DNA of 63,978 bases, filler included, from Octopus bimaculoides (Eukaryota): the NCBI RefSeq assembly GCF_001194135.2. It is 7 parts of 7 records of this genome, joined end to end, with 100 filler letters (N's around TTAATTAATTAA, not from the genome) between each part and the next. Parts side by side here need not be neighbours in the genome. Positions count along the whole stretch, not along the records: positions 36,859 to 57,792 come from NC_068987.1; positions 57,893 to 58,967 come from NW_026394609.1; positions 59,068 to 60,939 come from NW_026433310.1; positions 61,040 to 63,978 come from NW_026432335.1; 3 more parts are not named here. One strand, written 5' to 3'. The position numbers and the translations under genes were made by a program. Shown here piece after piece: positions 51,668-63,978 of this stretch. The notes beneath the pieces were generated by a model. That model had not been told where the DNA came from. It made no database searches and worked only from the letters and a program-made list of their open reading frames with translations. The first letter of the stretch is position 1. Each line of letters begins with the position of its first letter.

Positions 51668-51980
51668 CCGAAACGTTAGACCGAATTTTACTTATCTATT
51701 GTATTTACCTTCATTGTACACTTCTTTGAATAACGTTTCTAAGCTGTAATTTGCTTTGCTTATTCAGTAACTTGTCTGAATCTATGTATCATTTGTGTGT
51801 TTCCTCATCAACTATTATTTGTGTCATTTTATCTTCCTCTGTATACTTCTTTTTATGTCAAGTTATAATGAAACAGTTTAACATTAACTGAAGAATTACG
51901 CAATAGCTTTTTTTATAGAGTACATATATGTATGTATGCATGCATGTTCGTATGTCTGTATGTATGTACCTATATAAGTG

Positions 51981-52038
<58 letters not shown>

Positions 52039-53009
52039 AAACACATGGCATAGACATGATCAATTGTATACACATAGTGACGCGTATAAAATTCACATTA
52101 AAGAATAGAACGTGTTCCTTATAATGCTTGATGCATTGTAAACACGTCAAAATGGAGAAGCTGAAGATCAATTGACGACTTGTCATTGAATATCAAGCCA
52201 CTGGATGTTTTGCAAAATGGACGACAATATACATGTTATTCACAAATCGCGACTCTTGCCGTCGTAGCTCATGAAACGGCATAGTATCCAACAGGAACTC
52301 TTTCCTGTTTGTTGAATGATATATTTAACAAACTGAACCAGATGAAAATGATTAACAGAATACGTTGCCTTCTTTATAATTCTGTCAATGCTGATCACAA
52401 TAAAACTGCAAACGACAAATCATAAAAGAAGAAAACACTACGTTGAAAATGACAACCAAAAATAAGATGTTATTGAAGATCCAAACAGCAAATGGAAGAA
52501 ATATATCATTTATTTCTTCATTATTTATTCAAATCGGGAAATAATCCGCGATAGCTCTGTGTACAAAACATTTATTTACTGACTATGTAACGCTGTGAGT
52601 TATGTAACTACGCTGCGTTTCATGAGAGAATAATTCATCTAACATTTTTTTTTATAGATGTAAGGAACAAACACCGGATGATTTGAATATGCTACCTGCA
52701 ATATACTCGTATGATATACGATTATATTTTCCTCTTATCGACTATACGTTTTGTATGTCAGTTAAGCTCTGGCTTTCCCGTGTTCTTTGAGACTAACATA
52801 ACGATTTACAGAGACGAAATATTTCTTTTTAAATAAAGAAAATTAATAAATGTAGATGGAATCTGTGGGACAAAAAACTTCAGAAGCGCATAATATATGT
52901 ATTTACAAGCGTGTCATGTTGACTATATCAGTTCTCGCTCGATCTACGAAGTTAAGCAACGTCGAGTGTTAAATATTAGGATCTGTGTCGCCTACGTACT
53001 CATCTCTCT

Positions 53010-53028
53010 CCCTTTCTCTCTTTCTCTT

Positions 53029-53065
<37 letters not shown>

Positions 53066-53160
53066 CTCTGTCTCTGTCTCTCTCTCTTTATCTCTCTCTC
53101 TGTCTCTCTCTCTCTCTCTCTGTGTCTCTCTCTCTCTGTGTCTCTCTCTCTCTCGTTCTC
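53010..53160. repeat. (TC)n-rich compound microsatellite
   Basis: Visible. Confidence 0.9.
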
Positions 53161-53254
53161 AGCTGTATTCAGATCCGAGAGGAATTAAAATGGCAAACAC
53201 ACGCTGTATGTATCGGCAGCGCTCCTACGACGCCTTAATGGGGGATCGAAAAGG

Positions 53255-53296
<42 letters not shown>

Positions 53297-53995
53297 NNNN
53301 NNNNNNNNNNNNNNNNNNNNNNNNNNNNNNNNNNNNNNNNNNNNNNNNNNNNNNNNNNNNNNNNNNNNNNNNNNNNNNNNNNNNNNNNNNNNNNNNNNNN
53401 NNNNNNNNNNNNNNNNNNNNNNNNNNNNNNNNNNNNNNNNNNNNNNNNNNNNNNNNNNNNNNNNNNNNNNNNNNNNNNNNNNNNNNNNNNNNNNNNNNNN
53501 NNNNNNNNNNNNNNNNNNNNNNNNNNNNNNNNNNNNNNNNNNNNNNNNNNNNNNNNNNNNNNNNNNNNNNNNNNNNNNNNNNNNNNNNNNNNNNNNNNNN
53601 NNNNNNNNNNNNNNNNNNNNNNNNNNNNNNNNNNNNNNNNNNNNNNNNNNNNNNNNNNNNNNNNNNNNNNNNNNNNNNNNNNNNNNNNNNNNNNNNNNNN
53701 NNNNNNNNNNNNNNNNNNNNNNNNNNNNNNNNNNNNNNNNNNNNNNNNNNNNNNNNNNNNNNNNNNNNNNNNNNNNNNNNNNNNNNNNNNNNNNNNNNNN
53801 NNNNNNNNNNNNNNNNNNNNNNNNNNNNNNNNNNNNNNNNNNNNNNNNNNNNNNNNNNNNNNNNNNNNNNNNNNNNNNNNNNNNNNNNNNNNNNNNNNNN
53901 NNNNNNNNNNNNNNNNNNNNNNNNNNNNNNNNNNNNNNNNNNNNNNNNNNNNNNNNNNNNNNNNNNNNNNNNNNNNNNNNNNNNNNNNNNNNNNN

Positions 53996-54147
53996 TACAG
54001 CAGGGTTCACCACCATCCCTTGCCGGAGCCTCGTGGAGCTTTAGGTGTTTTCGCTCAATAAACACTTACAGCGCCCGGTCTGGGAATCGAAACCACCATC
54101 CTATGACCGCGAGTCCGCTGCCCTAACCACTGGGCCATTGCGCCTCC
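53996..54147 (-). mobile_element. SINE family D 5' part (low divergence)
   Basis: Reverse complement GGAGGCGCAATGGCCCAGTGGTTAGGGCAGCGGACTCGCGGTCATAGG..GGTTTCGATTCCCAGACCGGGCG. Confidence 0.85.
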
Positions 54148-54197
54148 ACACACACACACATACACACACATAAACACACACACATATAAACATATAA

Positions 54198-54292
54198 TGG
54201 GTTTCCACAGAGTTTCCGTCAACCAAGATTCTGTGCAGTGGGATTGAACCCGAAACCCCGTGTTTGCAATCCGAACTTCTCAACCACACATC
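54198..54292 (-). mobile_element. SINE family B head fragment
   Basis: GTTTCCGTCAACCAAG..GCAGTGGGATTGAACCCGAAACC..TCTCAACCACAC. Confidence 0.65.
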
Positions 54293-55572
54293 CATGTATG
54301 TTTGTATGTATTTGGGGGAAACAAAAAAACAACAAAAACAAACAAGCATTCTCCTAGTGATGCCATCTAAAAGAAAAAGAAAATCTGCAACAGCTTGGCA
54401 TCAGTGCCGAAGAAGCTGTTGCCGCCAAAACTCAAAAAAATTCGTCCATATGTCAGAAAGAATATTCTACAACACGTAACGATTCCAGGAAACCATCACG
54501 CTGGATTGGTTTCTCAATTATCAATCAGGAAACAATGAAAGGTAACTTTGGCTTCGAAAGAATTTGAAACCGGTGCGCAGAAAGCCGACCCGAAAACAGC
54601 AATGCAAAGAGTCCGATAAGTAGTTAATCTAGTGCCAAACAATAGCAGTACTACTAACAATGAGTTATTTTAAACTATTCAATTATCAAATAAATTCTTT
54701 CGGTTTTTTTTCTTTATTTTTTACTTGGCGCTCTTTTTTCATGTCTGAAAACAAGAGGAATTTACTCAAGTTTCAAAAATCAATGAACAAAAGTTAAACA
54801 GGAAGAATAAACCAAGAGAAAAATACTTAAAATATTTTTCGTTTTAATTCGAATATTTTTTTTAAAAAGAAAAACAATAACAAAAAACGAACAGACTTAT
54901 CTGACAAACTAATACATAAAATTTTCTTTATAGGTTATGCTAAGTCGTCAGTTAAATTCGTTCGTGTTTTTTTTTTTTTTTCTTTTCCCTTGTGTTATTT
55001 GAATTAACACTAAAAATATCCTAATCATATTATTCTATTCCATTTGTTGTTGTGTTCTTCCTCTGCAAATTTTTTTATCGCTTTTGAAACTTGAATATAT
55101 ATTACGTCTTTTCAGATATTTGACGATGCAGAAAAAGAAGAAAAAAAAACCGAAAGATTTTATCTTATAATTCAATAGTTTAAAATAAATGAATGAATTT
55201 ATTTGAGAAACCAATATAAGCAAATGAACCTAATTTTTAATATTTTCCAACAAAGAAAATCTTTATTCGCACGTTTTCTCTTTCACCGCAGAAGCACAGT
55301 GCTAATTCGCAAAAACAGCCAAAATAATGTAATTCGGTGTTTTTTTTTTTAATGTATCTTTTATTTTATTCTTTTTTTCTTTTTTTTATTATTACTATAT
55401 TTTATATCTTCTGTCAGAATGAATCCTGATTTGCTGGAATCATTAATATTTCTTTTGTCATGATCCATAATCGCTGCTGCCCCTGCTGTCCCGTTTCAGA
55501 AGTGAAATTTTAAACGGAAATTTCATTCTTCTAATATAGTTTGTCCCTTGCATCTTCTAGCAGTCATCAGTC

Positions 55573-55606
55573 ATGCAGGCAGACAAACAGACAGGCAAAC
55601 AGGCAA

Positions 55607-55645
<39 letters not shown>
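55573..55645. repeat. (CAGG)n-type tetranucleotide repeat
   Basis: Visible. Confidence 0.9.
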
Positions 55646-55646
<1 letters not shown>

Positions 55647-55905
55647 TCAGCAGCCACACGGAAAGGCACCAGCCGAAGCAAGCAAGCAGATAAGCAACTC
55701 TGATTGTCATTAATAGCAGTAGTAGCAACAGCGGTGACAAAAATATTAAAACAAAAGCATAAACGAAAACGGAACAACAGCAACAACACCTCCAACAGTA
55801 GTAGGGATGGCGGGGAGAGGAGAGGAGAGGTGTGGTCAGGGGTGAGAGAGGGGTTTTCGACAAGCATCTATTGTAAAGAAACGGACAGCAGCTGCAGCAG
55901 CAACA

Positions 55906-55906
55906 T

Positions 55907-55967
<61 letters not shown>
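55906..55967. repeat. (TAG)n microsatellite
   Basis: Visible. Confidence 0.95.
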
Positions 55968-55970
<3 letters not shown>

Positions 55971-56053
55971 CTGGTTTCTTCCTTGTTAACATGAATAAAC
56001 TATATTAAAGAAGTCCTTTACTGGTGGCGGGGCCGGTAAGACTTGGGGTAGAT

Positions 56054-56054
<1 letters not shown>

Positions 56055-56104
<50 letters not shown>

Positions 56105-56526
56105 GAAGGAAAAAAGAAAGAAAGAAAGAAATAAAGAAAGAAAGGAAGGAAAAAGAAAGAAAGACAGAAAGAAAGAAAGGAAGGAAAAAAGAAAGAAAGA
56201 AAGAAAGAGCGAAAGAAAGAAAGAGAGAAAGANNNNNNNNNNNNNNNNNNNNNNNNNNNNNNNNNNNNNNNNNNNNNNNNNNNNNNNNNNNNNNNNNNNN
56301 NNNNNNNNNNNNNNNNNNNNNNNNNNNNNNNNNNNNNNNNNNNNNNNNNNNNNNNNNNNNNNNNNNNNNNNNNNNNNNNNNNNNNNNNNNNNNNNNNNNN
56401 NNNNNNNNNNNNNNNNNNNNNNNNNNNNNNNNNNNNNNNNNNNNNNNNNNNNNNNNNNNNNNNNNNNNNNNNNNNNNNNNNNNNNNNNNNNNNNNNNNNN
56501 NNNNNNNNNNNNNNNNNNNNNNNNNN

Positions 56527-56566
<40 letters not shown>
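56055..56566. repeat. (GAAA)n/(GA)n compound repeat spanning a gap
   Basis: Visible. Confidence 0.9.
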
Positions 56567-56572
<6 letters not shown>

Positions 56573-57744
56573 AAAGAGAGAGATCTGAACAAAATGTGAA
56601 AACATTTTAAAATAGGGAAATACAACGGGTATTACTTTCCGAAGCTTTTATCTTTATTTTGTTGATTGATTAATTATTATTATTATCATTTTACTTTCTC
56701 TTTGCTTTTCGTCCGGGCTTAAGAATCACATTGTTATGCCAAAATATACAGTAGCTTGGCCGTTTAGGAAGCACCTGCTATATATAATAAACAAGACGTT
56801 TAAAGGATCCTGGTGAACATGATGCCGTTTCGGTGCAGCTGATCTGAGACTCGTTTTGTCCTGTGTTCATACTCTCTCTGCTCCTTTCACCAAGTCATTT
56901 CTTCCGTTTTGGAAAGTGAGCTCTTCCGGTCTGCCAAGTGAGAGGGGAGAAAACGATGCTGTTCTTGACACTCAGCAAAGACGAATGGGCTGCACCGGAA
57001 ACATAATCCATCCCCACTGAAGTAACTTGGTCAAATAACTTGGTAACGTCAGTAGCGTTGAAATGGCGAAGGAGAAAGCAATAGGGTTTATTTTTATATA
57101 TCTTCATGTCTCACTTAACTCTACAACTGCTTCAGTTAATTCGCTATATTGAAACCAATGTACAACATATCAGAACACTTCTCCCCTTTTTATATTTCTA
57201 TAGAATTATTTATGACTTCTCATTGTTACAATTAACATGTATTAACACAAGTATTTCTTGAGTTTATGAGAGGCACGGCACCATTGCCACACGTTACAAT
57301 GTATCTTAAACGGAAATATACAAGAATATACGCATTTTTTTCAATTGCTGGGCCCTTTTTCACTATTTTCCAGTCAATAGATTAGCCTTTTTATAAAAGC
57401 AAGGGATAAGAGTTATAACATTACGGTTTTAAGTGCTGTCACCGTATTTAGAATTTATGTTGTTAAACGGTTAATTCAAAGCCACAATAAATATCTAGGG
57501 AAATGATGTAAAAATATATTAGTGACAAAGTTTAAGTGTAGCAGCGTGACTGCGGTTGTAGTGAGGATGGAAAAAGATTTAAAGAATAATTCAAATTTCT
57601 GTATAACATTAGATTAGTTATTCGAATTTGGATGCAGTTCAATGGAATTTTTGGAAACGATTTCGGTGTAGCAAAACCCATTGTCTAAGATTCGTTTCTG
57701 TGTAAAGAACGTATAAATATAGTTTTGAGCGATGTGAGTTAACA

Positions 57745-57792
<48 letters not shown>

Positions 57793-59067
57793 NNNNNNNN
57801 NNNNNNNNNNNNNNNNNNNNNNNNNNNNNNNNNNNNTTAATTAATTAANNNNNNNNNNNNNNNNNNNNNNNNNNNNNNNNNNNNNNNNNNNNATTATTAT
57901 TATTATTATTATTATTATAATCACTATCTGTATATTTTCTTTCTTTCTACCCAACAGCGAATACAACAAATTACTAAACCTACAGAAAACTGGGGACCTG
58001 CTGGAAAAGCTAAGAAAGAGCTAGAAAACGAAATGAGCGGAATGGAAAATAGAGCATATTTACCAGACGGAAAATATTAATTTTTTACAATGTCATCTCA
58101 GAATCTGCCATTTGCAGGATTTATTTTTTACGTTTATTTCTTAGTTTTCATATTTAATTACCAAAAGGAACTTGAAGCTAAGGAATGAAATTCGAAAACA
58201 CAAAATACTTTTTGCTAAAATACCATATCTTATGTTAATAATTCCTGTGTTTATAAATTTTTTATAATGTACATTTTAATTGTATTTTATATTTTATTTT
58301 TCTTGTCTTTTCAATATTTTTTAAGCAATACTTTGACGGTTTTTACTATTCCCAATGTTTTAATGAGAAATATCTTCAGAATAATTAAATGCATCAATAA
58401 GGGTAAAAAAACCGATATGGTGTTAGCAAACGTTGTTGTCTAACCTGATCAACAAGGAAAGATAACGCCAAACGTTGGTGAAATCTCTTATTGGGCTTCG
58501 TTAACGAAGTTAGAGCTGTCGCTGTTGTAATAACTACCCTACTGTTTGGAGATGTTCATAAAAAAGCGTTAATTGGAAATGAGATTAATTTCTATTTTGA
58601 TTATAAAAGGACGTTGACCACATATTTAAGTAATAAAAATATAAATTTCATTATTTTTAACGTATGTGTTTCATGTGTGAGAAATAGAATATAATTTGGA
58701 CTTTTGATTACGCTATGGTTACTATTCTTAATTGGAATCAAGCGACATCACATTCCACTGTCGATTCCAGTAGAAATTGAATGATGAGAGAAACTTCCCT
58801 TTTATTTCTTGGTAGAAGAGTCTACAATACGGAGCCTTTGTTCTTTAGTCCTAAAGGAACCAGTATACACTCTTAAGGTCAATTCACTTCATTTTACCTT
58901 TGCGGTTTATGCATGAAGAAAAGTATGATAGCCACAAGATCTCATTCCTAATTATGGTGGAATATCTNNNNNNNNNNNNNNNNNNNNNNNNNNNNNNNNN
59001 NNNNNNNNNNNTTAATTAATTAANNNNNNNNNNNNNNNNNNNNNNNNNNNNNNNNNNNNNNNNNNNN

Positions 59068-60674
59068 CATGCAGAGTCATATGCCCACACCATTGTCATT
59101 GTTTTCCATTGGGACAGCAGGTCAATCTGTAAAAAACCGGCAGTAATTGGGTTTATTTTCCTTACCACTTACCTGCTGACATGTGCTGTTTAGCAAATAG
59201 AAAGGTTGAGCCTAATGATTTAGCAAATAGAAAATTTAGCAAATAGAAAGGTTTAGCAAATAGAAAGGTTGGGCCTAAAGGTTGACATAAAAAGAAACAG
59301 TATGTTTACCTGCTGTTTCACTTGGTTCTACATACAACAATTTGACATGTGGCCTGTGCAAAAAAGATGGAAAGTGTAGTATCTGTTGCCTACCTTACAA
59401 TTGGGGGCACTTAACAGAGAGCATACTGTGAAGATTACATTAATGGAATAAATAAGGTGACAAGGGTATGGTTACCTGATGTTTTCCTGTTTGCTGCATA
59501 GAGCAACATCCATTGTTGTCTTTCCCTTGTAGTCTCTGTAGCGCGTGCAGCAGCAGTTGTTGCAGCATCTCTTGTAAGTCAATCTGTGCATTGTGCTGCA
59601 GTATCTGCAGCTCGTGCAACAGCAGTTGAGGAAGCATATCTTATAAGTCAATCTGCACTTTGTGCTGCTGTCTCTGAAGCTTGTGCAGCAGCAGTACAGG
59701 AAGCATTTCTTGTTCAGTGTGCTGAACGTTGCTCGTTGTTCTGGGCGGCTCATTCCACAGCAATACGTGCTAACCGATCACAACACTGCTTTTCACTTTC
59801 CCTTCTTCGTGCTGAAGCCATCCTAAGTGCATTGAAAGAGTTCCTCCTGGCAGCATCCTCAGCAGATTCATTTGCACGCACACATTTACTTTTTTTTGCA
59901 GCATTTGTTTGCTGACCTATATTGGATCTTTTGAATCAAGGCAAAAAGTCTGAAGGAAAAAGCAGTGAATGTGTAGCACTCAAAAAATAGTAAAATGTAG
60001 TTGGCAAAAATGTTTCAAACAGATCGAATTAAGGATTTTTAATTTTGGGTAAGAGTTTTGAAGAGGATAGTTTAAGTTGGAATAATTATGTGAAAAAGAG
60101 TGCTCATGTGAAAACAGAGGAAAATCATTACTTGTAAATGAATTCTGCTGGCAGTACTGTGCAAGCAGTCGATAAGAGCTCACCACAGCTGATAAAGTAA
60201 AGTATTGATTTTTTCCAGCTGGTTGTGTGTCACATTTTTCACTGGCTCGAGCCAAATCCTAGGCAAATTGAGAGTAGTCTTATTTATGTTGGGGGCATGG
60301 AATTTCGAGGAAAAAATTATAAGGAGGTGCCCTAAGTCAAAGAGAGAACACATATCAAATTTGGTGAAATTTGGTTGAAAATTGTAGTAGAAGTGGTTCA
60401 CACAACACACACACACAGAAGACAATTTGCCTTTTAATATATAAGATAGAATGTGTACCATTGCATGGACGTGGTGGGTTCAAATCCTAGGCGAATTGAG
60501 AGTAGTTTATTTATGTTGGGGGCACGGAATTTCGAGGAAAAAATTATAAGAAAAAGCGTCCTAAGTCAAAGAGAGAACACGTCAAATTTAGTGAAATTTG
60601 GTTGAAAATTGTAGGAGTAGAAATGGGTCACACAACACACACACAGACAGACAACTTGCCTTTTAATATATAAG

Positions 60675-60675
<1 letters not shown>
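59068..60675 (-). mobile_element. Helitron 5' relic with decayed RepHel N-terminus
   Basis: 5' end TCTTATATATTAAAAGGCAAGTTGTCTGTCTGTG (60675). From 59944 (-): LP*FKRSNIGQQTNAAKKSKCVRANESAEDAARRNSFNALRMASARRRESEKQ...AAAQASETAAQSAD*LIRYAS..AAARATETTRERQQ, resembling the 'MPRxKRSNIG' start and 'RAxETxEQRxxRL' repeats of Helitron proteins; TCCPNGK motif near 59100-59120. Confidence 0.7.
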
Positions 60676-60722
<47 letters not shown>

Positions 60723-60939
60723 TCATGTTTGACTTTTGCTTTGCATTTGTACAAGTTGGATCCAAGTTTCACCCAGAGACCTCAAGAGACAACAAGTTAG
60801 AAGTTCATGTAGGTGTTATGCCTAGGGTACCATATATTTGGATGTGTACATAGTGTTGTTCTAGAGAATGTTTAAGAAACCATAAGAAAATTATGTGTTT
60901 GTTTTAAAATTTGAGATCACATAGACAGTATTTTACGTA
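60676..60939 (-). mobile_element. Dong/R4-type LINE 3' end with (TAA)n tail
   Basis: Minus strand begins (L)RKILSM* (REL-LINE terminus 'HILRKVLS' pattern), 3' UTR with GAGGTCTCTGGGTGAAACTTGGA, then (AAT) x ~15. Confidence 0.6.
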
Positions 60940-61274
60940 NNNNNNNNNNNNNNNNNNNNNNNNNNNNNNNNNNNNNNNNNNNNTTAATTAATTAANNNNN
61001 NNNNNNNNNNNNNNNNNNNNNNNNNNNNNNNNNNNNNNNAAAAGGTGATTAAATGGATGGCATTAAGAAAAGCCTTTAGCTTTAAAATATTACTTCAAAG
61101 AGAAAAACAAAAGGAGATGAATAATTAGGTGAAGTCGAGGGTATATATTACACAAGTGAAAAANNNNNNNNNNNNNNNNNNNNNNNNNNNNNNNNNNNNN
61201 NNNNNNNNNNNNNNNNNNNNNNNNNNNNNNNNNNNNNNNNNNNNNNNNNNNNNNNNNNNNNNNNNNNNNNNNNC

Positions 61275-61635
61275 CTAACTCACTTTCATTACAGAGAATA
61301 ATTTAAAATAGAGAATGATTTACCACAGATATGACATTGGTAAGGCATCTTTTTGTATGAATATGTTTGTGTCTACTTAAAGCATGAGTTGTGGAGAATG
61401 ATTNNNNNNNNNNATGTTTGTGTCTACTTAAAGCATGAGTTGTGGAGAATGATTTACCATGGACATCACAGCTATATGGACCTTCTCTAGTATGAATACA
61501 TTTACGATTAGTGAAGTCATTAATTTGAGAGAATGATTTACTGCAGATATCATGGTCATATGGCTTCTCTGCATGAATGTGTTTAGATTTAGTTAAATGA
61601 GTTATTTCATAAAAATATTTACCACAGTGATATGG
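61275..61635 (-). pseudogene. Decayed zinc-finger repeats downstream of the stop codon
   Basis: PYHCGKYFYEITHLTKSKHIHAEKPYDHDICSKSFSQINDFTNRKCIHTREGPYSCDVHGKSFSTTHALSRHKHIHTK, then a frameshifted MPYQCHICGKSFS; Cys/His ligands lost. Confidence 0.8.
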
Positions 61636-63344
<1,709 letters not shown>

Positions 63345-63445
63345 CTGAAATAATAGAGAAACAACAGTATAAGATGCAGAGAATATTCTGATAGCAGAGA
63401 TGCAACAGTGGAAGTGTTACTACGTTTCTACAAAGATAAATTGTA

Positions 63446-63978
63446 TTGGGTGGGTAAAAAATTAATTTCAATTTGTACAAATAGATAATGTTGCAATTTT
63501 TTTCAATANNNNNNNNNNGCAATTTTTTTCAATAACTTTTGTCAATGTTATGAATTTTTCCTGTTCACATGTGATAGCCATTATGTTTAGCTTATATTAG
63601 ATGCAAATTGGCCAAAATTTTGTTTACAGCAGTTAGTTCAGTGTCAATTTTAATATAGAGTGCAAAAATGAACATTTTCGCCATATTTTGCATTTTTTAT
63701 TTCCGTAANNNNNNNNNNNNNNNNNNNNNNNNNNNNNNNNNNNNNNNNNNNNNNNNNNNNNNNNNNNNNNNNNNNNNNNNNNNNNNNNNNNNNNNNNNNN
63801 NNNNNNNNNNNNNNNNNNNNNNNNNNNAAGATTTTTCTCTCAAAGATGACCAACATTCTGGTCAACTCACTGAAGTTCATGATGACCGAATCAAAGCCAT
63901 AATTGAATCTGATTGTCATATAAATGTGTGAGAGATCGCTGAGAGGTTAAATGTATCACACACAACAATTGAAAATCA
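63446..63978 (+). mobile_element. Mariner element 5' part (relic) upstream of the ZF exon, probably intronic
   Basis: TA|TTGGGTGGGTAAAAAATTAATT TIR-like start; ECKNEHFRHILHF (Mos1-like N-terminus; ATG read as ATA, then a frameshift); DFSLKDDQHSGQLTEVHDDRIKAIIESDCHINV*EIAERLNVSHTTIEN HTH region. Confidence 0.85.

Noticed and set aside
55567-55994. Ser/Asn-rich and LPAC-repeat ORFs
   Set aside because: Derived from (TAG)n and (CAGG)n microsatellites; no domain-like content.
59586-59915. Plus-strand Ala-rich ORF and minus-strand Cys-rich ORFs (59440-59753) resembling metallothionein or keratin-associated proteins
   Set aside because: Alternative frames of the decayed Helitron N-terminal repeat.
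61360-61460. Apparent 41-bp tandem duplication in the decayed ZF region (and a 16-bp one at 63493-63535)
   Set aside because: Duplicated sequence straddles a 10-N gap, i.e. a contig-overlap artefact.

Overview
AT-rich, gap-riddled eukaryotic draft sequence dominated by microsatellites and tRNA-derived SINEs. The repeat style plus tandem '[17 protein letters not shown]' zinc fingers suggest an octopus/cephalopod genome (inference, not verifiable here). The only supportable host gene is a minus-strand multi-C2H2 zinc-finger exon (~61.6-63.3 kb) followed by decayed fingers. Also present: about 40 SINE copies or fragments in about 5 modular families; two Helitron relics; 3' ends of an RTE and a Dong/R4-type LINE; mariner/Tc1 relics; a hAT MITE with its TSD; two long foldback palindromes; tandem repeats; and assembly artefacts (stop-codon linkers, an Illumina adapter remnant, overlap-duplicated 10-N gaps). 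The most unusual item is a tRNA-headed SINE (1481-1810) with a hammerhead-ribozyme-like core and an inverted copy of its own tail at the 5' end, an architecture resembling Penelope-like elements. Nearly all ORFs in the supplied track are microsatellite or N-run artefacts. Coordinates of degenerate repeats are approximate (about +/-10-20 bp).
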